From the NCBI GenBank assembly GCA_963833985.1, contig CAWIAD010000001.1, positions 2,272,001-2,336,000 on the forward strand: a stretch of DNA of 64,000 nt, in the 5' to 3' direction. The stretch's first letter is position 1. Each line of letters begins with the position of its first letter. Positions 22,423 through 30,918 of the stretch are shown here, piece after piece. The stretch is from an uncultured Planctomycetaceae bacterium (GTDB lineage Bacteria > Planctomycetota > Planctomycetia > Isosphaerales > Isosphaeraceae). The translations under genes and the position numbers were made by a program. The notes beneath the pieces were generated by a model that saw only the letters and a program-made list of their open reading frames with translations, was not told the DNA's origin and did not search any database.

Positions 22423-23421
22423 TCAGGACGCGAGGACCTGCTGTGGATTCTCGGCGTCATTTCGCCGGCCGCCCAGCGCCAGATAGGAAATGATCACCAG
22501 CGCGCTGGTGATGGCCACGCCGGCCTTGGCCCAGTAGGGCAGGGCGGAGGCGGAGATGAAGCCCTCGATGAACGCGGCCAGAACGAAGAGCACAACCGAG
22601 ACGCTCAGGGCGGGGAGAGCGCGAATGGCCTCGCGCCGCAGTGAGGCCACCCGGCTCTGGCCCTGCGTGTCCACCAGGCCCCAGCCCATGCGCAGACCGG
22701 CCGCGCCGGCCACGACCACGGCCGTCAGCTCGAAGCTGGAGTGCGCGGTGACGAAAGTATAAAACGCGGAGGCGTGCGGGCTGACGGCCATGTGGCCGAA
22801 AACGGTGCCGAGCACGATCCCGTTACTGAGCAACTGAAACAGGCTGCCCACCCCGAAGAGAATGCCCCAGGCGAAGCACTTCAGACCGATCGATGTGTTG
22901 TGATTGATGTAGAAACCAGCCATGGCGGTATCGTCACGCTGCACGCCGTCTTTGCCGTGGCTCTCGATGGGCCGTGAGTACATGTGGTCCATCGCCTCGA
23001 CGAACTTCTCCCCCACAACCTGCCGGGCGAACTCCGGCTGCGCCGCGGCCACCAGTCCACAGATGAGGAACGAGCCCGCAAAGACCAGAGCCGAAAGCCG
23101 CAAGGCCGGGTCCGACCTGAGCGCCCGCGGCGCGCTGTCGAAGAGGATCCGGCCCCAGTCGCGAAAGCGGAACCCCTGAGCCCGATAGAGTGCGTTGTGG
23201 GCCCGTCCCACCAGTCCGTGCAGATAGGCCACGGTGTCGCGCGGCAGATCGTACGATTCGGCCAGCATCAGGTCGCTACAGACGCCGCGGTACAGTTCCC
23301 CGAGCCGGAGCACGTCCCCCGGCCGGCAGTGGCGGATGCGCTTGTCCGAAATGTGATCGATGAGCCGGTCCAGCTCGCGCCACGACGCTTCGCGCTGGGT
23401 CAGTCGATCCGCGACGCGCAT
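22423..23421 (-). CDS. Stage II sporulation protein M (DUF95) family membrane protein
   Basis: W.ELD.L, LYR....DL, YL..LV.RAH..LY, FYI.HN..I, NG..LG, HSSFELTA, AAFIEGFIS. Confidence 0.9.
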   Translation of the reverse strand: MRVADRLTQREASWRELDRLIDHISDKRIRHCRPGDVLRLGELYRGVCSDLMLAESYDLPRDTVAYLHGLVGRAHNALYRAQGFRFRDWGRILFDSAPRALRSDPALRLSALVFAGSFLICGLVAAAQPEFARQVVGEKFVEAMDHMYSRPIESHGKDGVQRDDTAMAGFYINHNTSIGLKCFAWGILFGVGSLFQLLSNGIVLGTVFGHMAVSPHASAFYTFVTAHSSFELTAVVVAGAAGLRMGWGLVDTQGQSRVASLRREAIRALPALSVSVVLFVLAAFIEGFISASALPYWAKAGVAITSALVIISYLALGGRRNDAENPQQVLAS

Positions 23422-23484
23422 TACCCACCTCTCGAACAGGGATGATTGACGAAGCCGGCCAGAAATCCGTCTTGTCAGGAAACG

Positions 23485-24255
23485 CTACTCTCCCAGGAAC
23501 ACACGATGGTACACCGCGCAGAGCACGGTATCGGCCAGTTCCGAAGCCGGCAGATCAAATCGAGCGCGCAGTGGCCGGGCCAGCGGCTCGGCCATTTCCT
23601 CGCGCAGGGCGCGACCGAACCGATGTCTGCGTCGGACATAGTCGGAAAGGGCCCTGGCCAGCTTGCTGCCGGCCGCGATGCGCAACGGCAGTCGATCGAT
23701 CAGAGCCTGCACGCGAGGCTCATGTATGCGCACCAGTCCCAGCCGCGGCCTGCGCTCCTCCACGATCACCATCGTGCCGGCGGCCAGGTCTCCCAACCTT
23801 TGAAATCTCCTGGAGAGGAGCATGCTGGAAAGCCCGAGCAGAAAGAAGAAGGGAACCAGTCCGTCCACGGTTCCCACCAGGTTCCGGAGCACCGCCTGGG
23901 CCGCGGTGATCGGCACCCCGCGCTCGGAAACGACGCGCAAACCGAGCACTCGCTTGCCCGCTGTCTGGCCGTTGAAGACCCCTTCGCAAAAGGCACCATA
24001 GCCCCACGTCAAGAGAAAATAGGCAACCAGCGCCGGCCCCATCCCCGCGGTGGCTCCGAACGAGAGGACAAGAAAAGCGGCGACCGCGCAGGTGACCAGC
24101 ACGGCCAGCAGGCCGAGGTCCACCAGGTAGGCCGTGAACCGCCGGAAGGGACCGCCCAGCGGATACTCGAAGACGATGCGTTCGGGCGTTGAGAGGCGTA
24201 CCGTGGCGTCAATGGGCGCATCGGGCAGGCTGGTCGCGGATCGTGGCATTCCCAT
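23485..24255 (-). CDS. RDD family protein
   Basis: TPERI...Y.L.GP.RRF.AY.VD, GQTAGKR.LGLRVV, LRNL, QRLGDLAAGT.V. Confidence 0.9.
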   Translation of the reverse strand: MGMPRSATSLPDAPIDATVRLSTPERIVFEYPLGGPFRRFTAYLVDLGLLAVLVTCAVAAFLVLSFGATAGMGPALVAYFLLTWGYGAFCEGVFNGQTAGKRVLGLRVVSERGVPITAAQAVLRNLVGTVDGLVPFFFLLGLSSMLLSRRFQRLGDLAAGTMVIVEERRPRLGLVRIHEPRVQALIDRLPLRIAAGSKLARALSDYVRRRHRFGRALREEMAEPLARPLRARFDLPASELADTVLCAVYHRVFLGE

Positions 24256-24495
24256 CCTTCTCCCGAACCCATGATGCCGGCAACAGAGCCAGATCAGCCG
24301 CGAGCGCTCTGTCCTGTTCAAGGCATCCTATCGCGAAGCCAGGGAGATCCGCAACGGAGGGGGATGTAGGAAGGGGGGGGGGATGGCTCGTCGGCCGTCA
24401 GGGCGATAGCCGGGCAAGCAAGAGAGGCGGCGTGTCGAGGGTTTCCGAGCACAGGGATGTGGTGGGGGAACCGAGTACGATCGCAGCCGCGGATG

Positions 24496-26757
24496 TCAGG
24501 GCCTTTCGGGGGCGTTCGGGTCGCTGTCGGTGCCGTCGAAGATGGTGGCGATGAGTGCGTCTTGCTTGAGCTTGGCGAGGAACACTTCACGGATCCTGGT
24601 CATCTTGGCGTACATCACCTTGCGGCGGATCTGGTCCTGGACCTCCTCGAACGAGGCCGGCCCCGCCGCGCGGCGGTTCTCGACGATCACGATATGAAAG
24701 CTGGTCGGACCTTCGAGCACCGGGCTGTTCTGTCGCAACGGTAGCTGTTCGAGCGCGGTGTTGACGGCAACCACGGCATAGCTTCCCGGAGAGGTCTGCA
24801 TCAGCCCGCCCTGGGCTCGGATGCTCGACGGGCCCTCGCTCTCTTTCCTTGCCAGCGAAGCAAAGCTCTCGCCGCTCTTCAGCTTGGCAAGCAGGTTCTC
24901 AGCCTTCCGTCGGGCTTCCTCCGGCTGGGGATGAAGGCCCTTCTCGACGACGAGCTCGCGCCAGGTGATCTGAGCGGGACGGTCATATTCCTTGTCGTGA
25001 TAGTGGTCCTTGTAGTAGCTCAGCATCTCGGGGAGCTCCACCTTGCGGCCCTCGGCGAGCTTGTGTTCCATGTACACCTGTGCCAGGAACTCCTGGCGGT
25101 GGCTCTGGTGCAGGAAATCCAAAGGCAGGCCCGCATCAGTCATCTTCTGCTTGAGCTGGACCACATTGTCCGCCAGGTAACGCCGCAGCAGAGGCGGGAT
25201 CTCTTCCTCGCGCCAGAACTTGTCGGCCTGCTCATAGATCGTATCAAGCTGCTTGGCGTTCTTGATCACCCGCTTGGCTTCCTGCGTGATGAGTGTCCGT
25301 TCGATCAGATGCCCGAGCATCGCCCGGGCCATCATGTTCAGCTCGGCCGCCTCGGGAGTGTGCGTGTCGTTGCGATGGACACGCTGGGCACGGATGGCCA
25401 GCACCAGGTCGTGGAGCGTGATTACGTCGTCGCCCACGCGCGCGGCAGCCTGGCCGGCGCTCTTCCAGCTCTTTCCCTTCTCGCCATCCTCCAGGCTCGC
25501 GGGACGGTACGATGCCAGGCGCACCGCAGGGTCAGATCGCGGCGCCCGAGGCGCCGCGGCAGTCTGGACGGTGGAACTGGCCCTCGACGAGGCCGCGCCC
25601 GCGGGGAGCGAGGCGGCCTGGTCGTGATTCGCGGCTGGTGCCGGGTTCCCTCCCGGTACCGGTGCAGCGGGCGAGAGCGATCCCCGAGCAGGCTGAGGAT
25701 CGACGGGAAGCCCCGGCGCCATTTCCAGCGGCAAATCGCCCGACGCACCGGGCGGGGTTGCCGGCAGAGCCGCGGGAGCCGCTTCCGGACCGGGCTTTGT
25801 GACGCCCGCCTGTCCCCTGGGGCTCGCACCCGCCGCTGGTGGAGCTTCGATGGGAGGCATCAGGTCGGGGTTGGGACCCAGAAGCTGCTGGGCCATCGCC
25901 GCATTGCCAAGAGGCGGAGGATTGACACTGGCGGCCGCTCCACCAGCCGCCGAGGCGCTGGGCGCGGCGGGCAGCGCGGCGGAACCTGGCGCCGAGGCGG
26001 CTCCGGCAGAGGGAGGCAGCGAATCGGGAGTTCCGGCCGGTGCGGGAAGAGGCTCGGGCATTGCGTTCAACCCGGGCACGCCCGGAGCGGGCATCGGGGC
26101 AGTTGCCGGCAACGGAGCAGCCGCTTGCTCCGCACTGGAGGGTGCCAGTCGCGATTCCTGGACCGGCGGCAGGGCCGGCTCGGACGACGATGAAACCGCT
26201 GGACCATCCCCCTGTAAGGGCTCGGGAGCGGAAGGAGTTGCGAGCGACGCGGCGGATGCGGCCGATTCCGCGGGCAGCGCAGCCATCGTGCCGGCCGCCA
26301 GTGTGCCAGCCGTTGCGGGTGCGCCTGCCGGAAGTGCGTTCGGGGCCGAGCCGGGCAGGGATGTCCCGCTCGCCAGGTCCGTGGCATTGTCCCGGGGCGG
26401 ATTCGCCGATGCGGACGAGAGCGGGGTTGCGGAAGCAGGGCCTGCCACGGCGGCCGCGGGAGTGCCCGCGCTGGCACGACCGGACGCCGCAAGCTGCGGC
26501 CCCGGGGCGGCACTTGCACTGGCCTGGCCCTCTGACGGATGGTACCTGCCCGACCAGTGCGGGCTTCTCGCGTTGGGCAAGGTCGACTGCACGAGCGCGG
26601 TATTGCCCGTCCCCCGATTGATCGTCTGATCAGGCGATGGGACCGGATCCACGCCGATGGGTTGCCCGCGTGAGGCCTGGTTGGGTAGCGCCGTTCGTGA
26701 CTGGGCGCACCCTGTCAGCGCCAGGCCAAGCGCTGCAACAAGAAGTCTTCGTTTCAT
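24496..26757 (-). CDS. Lipoprotein PpiC/parvulin-type peptidyl-prolyl isomerase (SurA/PrsA-like) with long Pro/Ala-rich linker
   Basis: Lipobox LTGC; about 400 aa of low-complexity sequence; AARVGDDVIT; GESFASLARKESEGPSS..QGG; FHIV..E.R.. Confidence 0.85.
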   Translation of the reverse strand: MKRRLLVAALGLALTGCAQSRTALPNQASRGQPIGVDPVPSPDQTINRGTGNTALVQSTLPNARSPHWSGRYHPSEGQASASAAPGPQLAASGRASAGTPAAAVAGPASATPLSSASANPPRDNATDLASGTSLPGSAPNALPAGAPATAGTLAAGTMAALPAESAASAASLATPSAPEPLQGDGPAVSSSSEPALPPVQESRLAPSSAEQAAAPLPATAPMPAPGVPGLNAMPEPLPAPAGTPDSLPPSAGAASAPGSAALPAAPSASAAGGAAASVNPPPLGNAAMAQQLLGPNPDLMPPIEAPPAAGASPRGQAGVTKPGPEAAPAALPATPPGASGDLPLEMAPGLPVDPQPARGSLSPAAPVPGGNPAPAANHDQAASLPAGAASSRASSTVQTAAAPRAPRSDPAVRLASYRPASLEDGEKGKSWKSAGQAAARVGDDVITLHDLVLAIRAQRVHRNDTHTPEAAELNMMARAMLGHLIERTLITQEAKRVIKNAKQLDTIYEQADKFWREEEIPPLLRRYLADNVVQLKQKMTDAGLPLDFLHQSHRQEFLAQVYMEHKLAEGRKVELPEMLSYYKDHYHDKEYDRPAQITWRELVVEKGLHPQPEEARRKAENLLAKLKSGESFASLARKESEGPSSIRAQGGLMQTSPGSYAVVAVNTALEQLPLRQNSPVLEGPTSFHIVIVENRRAAGPASFEEVQDQIRRKVMYAKMTRIREVFLAKLKQDALIATIFDGTDSDPNAPERP

Positions 26758-27120
26758 GATTGAGATCATCTCCATGTCCTTGGAGAATTCGCATCGCGCG
26801 GCCGGCAAGACCCGCGCCGCCGTCTCGAAGTGACCGGCCCTTCCGGTCCAGTCCCGGACCGGCAGCCCTGAGCCAGTGACCGTATTCCCCGCCGCTCAAG
26901 GGAGGTGAAGGAGCGGAACGGGAGAATCGATTCGACCGGACCGGGACCTTCACGCACTGAAAAGAGAAGTGCGCTATCCCGCGGCCAGAGCATAACGCAA
27001 TTGGCACACGCGGCAAGGGCGATTGAAAAACAGCCGCTTCGGTCTTGCATTTGCAGCCTTGACTGCTTGATTCTTGACTTCTCTGGAACCCCCGGCGAAA
27101 GCAAGGCGGAAGGTTGCATC

Positions 27121-28233
27121 ATGAGTGCACAGCAAGCACATCCCAACGGCATCGCTCTGCTTCGGGGGACATCCTTGCACGCGGCCGTGCTCTCACTCGG
27201 CATGGCCATACTGGCCCTCATGACCAGTGGCTGCATGAAGCATATGGGTAACGAGGGCTCGCCCGCGGACAACCCCGGACGCGGCGACGGTTCGGTCGTG
27301 GTCTACTCGGCGCTGGATCGTGAATTCGCCGAGCCCGTGCTGAACGACCTGGGCAAGCAGGCAGGAATCACGGTGCGCGGGAAGTTCGACGTCGAGAGCA
27401 CGAAGACGGTCGGGCTGACGAACACGCTCATTGCCGAGGCCGTCCAGCCGCGCTGCGACCTGTTCTGGAACAATGAGATCCTCAACACGCTCAGGCTCAA
27501 GGAGAGGGGACTGCTGCAACGTTTTGAGCCAGGCCACGCGCGCGACGTCCCGGCTGCGTTCAAGGACCCCGATGGCCTGTGGTACGGTCTGGCCGCTCGC
27601 GCGAGGATCTTTGTCGTCAACACCAGGCTCGTCGCCGAGGCCGACCGGCCCAAAGGTCTTGCCGATCTGCTCGACCCGCGCTGGAAGGGGAAGATTGGCA
27701 TCGCGAAGCCGCTCTTCGGGACAACGGCCACGCAGGCCGCCTGCCTGTTCGCGGTGTGGGGCGAGGAGAAGAGCCGGGCGTTCTTCCGCGATCTCAAGGC
27801 CAACGGTGTCCAGGTCTTCTCCGGCAACCGCCAGGTGGCTGCCGCGGCGGGCTCGGGGCAGATCGTCTTCGGTCTCACCGATACCGATGACGCCAACGGA
27901 GAGATCGAGGCCGGCAGCCCGGTTTCCATCGTCTACCCGGACCGCGAGCCCGGCCAGCTTGGCACACTCTTCATTCCCAATACCCTGGCGATGATCAAGG
28001 GCGCACCTCACCCGGACGCCGCCCGCCGCCTGGCCAATCTCATCCTCAGCCCGGAAGTCGAGAACCGGCTCGCCGAGGGCCCGAGCGTGCAGATTCCACT
28101 GCTGAGCGGCACCAGCAAGCCCGCCCGGGTTGAAACGCCCGCGAGCGTTCACGCCATGGATGTCGATTTCCAGGCGGCCGCACGGCTCTGGGACAGGGCC
28201 GCTGTCTTCCTCACCGAAGAATTCGCCGACTGA
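27121..28233 (+). CDS. ABC transporter solute-binding lipoprotein (Fe3+ AfuA/FutA-like family)
   Basis: Lipobox-like TSGC, VVVYSA, P.CDLFWNNE, DLLDP.WKGKIGIA.P..GT, GLTDTDD, IPNT.A.IKG.PHP. Confidence 0.85.
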   Translation: MSAQQAHPNGIALLRGTSLHAAVLSLGMAILALMTSGCMKHMGNEGSPADNPGRGDGSVVVYSALDREFAEPVLNDLGKQAGITVRGKFDVESTKTVGLTNTLIAEAVQPRCDLFWNNEILNTLRLKERGLLQRFEPGHARDVPAAFKDPDGLWYGLAARARIFVVNTRLVAEADRPKGLADLLDPRWKGKIGIAKPLFGTTATQAACLFAVWGEEKSRAFFRDLKANGVQVFSGNRQVAAAAGSGQIVFGLTDTDDANGEIEAGSPVSIVYPDREPGQLGTLFIPNTLAMIKGAPHPDAARRLANLILSPEVENRLAEGPSVQIPLLSGTSKPARVETPASVHAMDVDFQAAARLWDRAAVFLTEEFAD

Positions 28234-28365
28234 TCCCTCCCCGGGTGCTCCCCGACCGCGGTGCCCGGCTCCACTGAGCCGCAGCACCTACTGGCAGGAC
28301 CGCGCCGGCCGTGTTACTTTTCACCCATTCGTAATACGCCCTGGGGTCTTCGGGGATGAAGTCCG

Positions 28366-29163
28366 ATGAACGCCCGCTTCCGCTTCGGGTTCACGTTGAT
28401 CGAACTGCTGGTGGTCATGGCCGTGATCTCGGCACTGATGGGGGTTTTGCTTCCGGCCGTGCAGAATGCGCGTGAGGCTGCCCGGCGCATGGAGTGCCAG
28501 AGCCATTTGCACCAGATTGGCCTGGGAGTGCAGCAGTACTTCGACGACTGGAACGGGCAGTTCTTCCTGCACCATCCCTTCAACGCCGACAGTCAGAGCG
28601 AGGTCAAGAACGCCGAGTCGTTCGCCGAGATCTACTGGGAAGACAAGATCATGCCTTATGTGAACGCAACGTTCGCGAACGACGCACTGGCCAGGGGAGG
28701 AACGCAGATTGCCGACGAGAAGCTCTACCGCTGCCCGTCGGACACCTCGCGCGTGAGCCCGTACATCAATCCGGCCACGGGACTGGTGGACGGCCTCTCG
28801 AACCGGACGAGCTACCTGATGAACTCGCTACTGAGCCACAAGACCGTCCGCTACGGGCGGTGGACGTTCCCCCGGATCCAGCAAGACATCGGCACGTCGA
28901 ACTTCGTGGCGTTCAATGAGCGCGAGGGCGCGGTCATCGACGCCAACCTGAACAATCCGATCGCGGCGACGGATCCCCGGCAAGACGATTACGACGTCTG
29001 GCTGGGGACGGGCGTGCTGGATACCTGGATTCCCTGGAGCCGCCACGGCCAGTCGAACGTCCTCTACCTTGACGGCCATGCCCGGTCGATCCCGAAGCCC
29101 GACGCCTACCTGGGCATGTACCCTGGCGGCGTGGTGCTCAGCCAGCCGAGCTTCTATCCCTGA
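28366..29163 (+). CDS. DUF1559 family prepilin-type N-terminal cleavage/methylation protein (H-X9-DG)
   Basis: [24 protein letters not shown]...[22 protein letters not shown]. Confidence 0.93.
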   Translation: MNARFRFGFTLIELLVVMAVISALMGVLLPAVQNAREAARRMECQSHLHQIGLGVQQYFDDWNGQFFLHHPFNADSQSEVKNAESFAEIYWEDKIMPYVNATFANDALARGGTQIADEKLYRCPSDTSRVSPYINPATGLVDGLSNRTSYLMNSLLSHKTVRYGRWTFPRIQQDIGTSNFVAFNEREGAVIDANLNNPIAATDPRQDDYDVWLGTGVLDTWIPWSRHGQSNVLYLDGHARSIPKPDAYLGMYPGGVVLSQPSFYP

Positions 29164-29173
29164 GCGGGACGCG

Positions 29174-29782
29174 TCAGGGTTTGCGCTCGATCCGAGCCAG
29201 CCAGCCTCTGGGGCCTCCCGGCGTGAAGGTCCGCGCCTCCGGGTGGTCCGTCGTGTGGAACCGCGTCGCCTCGATTTCGAGCACTTCCCAGCCATCGCGG
29301 AATGCGTCGCGGATCTCCTGCTGGGTGACGCGCCGGGGCCCCGCGCCGGGAGGTTCCTCGTCGCTGAAACAGAGGATGTGCATGGTTCCGCCGGGACGCA
29401 AGCAGCGGGCAAGTCCGGCGATGTAGCGGGGACGCTCCTCGTCGCTGAAGGTGTGGAACAGCCCGGAGTCGATGATTGTATCAAAGGTGCGTCCGAGTCG
29501 ATCGAGCTGCAAGGCATCCCCAACCTGGAAATGGACGTCGAGCCCACGTTCCGCTGCCTTCGCCCTGGCCCGCTCGATGGCGGCTGGAATAAAGTCCAGA
29601 CCCCAGACCTCGTGCCCACGCGCCGCCAGATACAGGGCGTGCTCGCCGGTGCCGCAGCCGGCGTCGAGCACCGAGCCCTGGATCTTTCCCGCTTCTTCAA
29701 GCTGGGCGAAGGCAGGTTGAGGGCCCGGGATATCCCAGGGCGGCTGCCCTTCGTACGCTGTGTGGAAGTGTTCCTGATTCAC
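29174..29782 (-). CDS. Class I SAM-dependent methyltransferase
   Basis: PPWDI..PQP, VLDAGCGTG, FDTIIDSGLFH, LRPGG; GTG start after GGAGG. Confidence 0.9.
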   Translation of the reverse strand: MNQEHFHTAYEGQPPWDIPGPQPAFAQLEEAGKIQGSVLDAGCGTGEHALYLAARGHEVWGLDFIPAAIERARAKAAERGLDVHFQVGDALQLDRLGRTFDTIIDSGLFHTFSDEERPRYIAGLARCLRPGGTMHILCFSDEEPPGAGPRRVTQQEIRDAFRDGWEVLEIEATRFHTTDHPEARTFTPGGPRGWLARIERKP

Positions 29783-29886
29783 GGGCGTCCTCCCTTGACA
29801 GGTTTTTTCCGGGTCGGTGTTACCGGGCTGTAGAATACAGGATATGGGCAAGCCCATATCTTTTGGAAGCGATCGAGGATCCGACC

Positions 29887-30234
29887 ATGAAACTGACCAC
29901 CTGTACGGCTCTGTTGACGTTGTGCGTCGCGGGTGCCTGTCTTTCACCTGAGGCGCGCGCCCAGGCGGGTTCCGCGCACGGGTTCGACAGCAGCATGGGC
30001 GAAGGCGGATACATGGGCATGGGATGGCATAGCCGAACCGACCCTGGCCCCGAAATCCGGCCGCTCTTCGAGTGGCGCTATCGCCGTACCCAGCAGCCGG
30101 TCACTCCCGCGTACTACTGGGACCCCTACGGCGGCCAGGGCTACCTCACGACCCAGTGGACGCGAACGTCCGCCGGGGTGATGCGCCAGCTCTGGTATGA
30201 TCCGGCACGCCAGACCTTCTATTATTATCCCTGA
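29887..30234 (+). CDS. Small secreted hypothetical protein, Tyr/Trp-rich
   Basis: Signal peptide ending ARA; mature part rich in aromatic residues. Confidence 0.7.
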   Translation: MKLTTCTALLTLCVAGACLSPEARAQAGSAHGFDSSMGEGGYMGMGWHSRTDPGPEIRPLFEWRYRRTQQPVTPAYYWDPYGGQGYLTTQWTRTSAGVMRQLWYDPARQTFYYYP

Positions 30235-30240
30235 ATACCG

Positions 30241-30795
30241 TCATCGCTGGAACGGCCCGTCGCGATCGGTCCACGGCAAGACCTGCACGTCCAGGTTGAG
30301 CCGGTCTCCCAGCGCTTCAAGGCCGTCTTGCCAGGCCTTGCCGGCAAGCCCCGGTGGAACAACCACGCGGGCAGTCATGGCGAAGAGCGGGACGCCACTG
30401 GTGGGGGCAGGTGTACACTCGGAGTCAATCGATTCGATGTTGATTCCGAGCTCCGAGAGATACCCGGCGACCTGGTGGATGATTCCTTCGTGGTCCGCCC
30501 CCTCGACCTGGATCGTGAACGGCAGCCAGCCGGGGAACGATTCCACCGCGGTCCGCTCCACGGGGGTCGCTGTGACCTTGTAACCGCTGCCCGCAAGGGC
30601 TTGCAGGTCGGCCTCGAGCCGCGAGGTCTCTTCCGCCGGCAGCGAGGCAAGCATCAAGATGGCGAACTCGCCTCCCAGGCGTGCCATCCGGCTGGTCTCG
30701 ACATTCCCCCCGCGCTCGAACAGCAACCCCGTCACCTTCTCGACGAACCCGATCCGGTCGGGACCGGTCAGCGTCAGCACAAACGTCTTCTGCAT
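30241..30795 (-). CDS. gcvR: Glycine cleavage system transcriptional repressor-like double ACT domain protein
   Basis: LTLTGPDRIG, GNVETSRMARLGGEFA, GADHEGII...L..GINI. Confidence 0.8.
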   Translation of the reverse strand: MQKTFVLTLTGPDRIGFVEKVTGLLFERGGNVETSRMARLGGEFAILMLASLPAEETSRLEADLQALAGSGYKVTATPVERTAVESFPGWLPFTIQVEGADHEGIIHQVAGYLSELGINIESIDSECTPAPTSGVPLFAMTARVVVPPGLAGKAWQDGLEALGDRLNLDVQVLPWTDRDGPFQR

Positions 30796-30918
30796 GTGGG
30801 GCTCTCCTCGAGAAAGCAGGAGCGTCAGGAACGCGATTCATTTTAGCCCCGACTCCGGCCGGTCACCACGGCAGGACCGGAACGACGGCCAAGGGCGTCA
30901 GAAGCTCCATGAGCCGAT

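Noticed and set aside
24373..24382. G10 tract upstream of the RDD gene as a phase-variation switch
   Set aside because: It lies outside coding sequence and outside the candidate -35/-10 spacer; homopolymer length is unreliable in this assembly.
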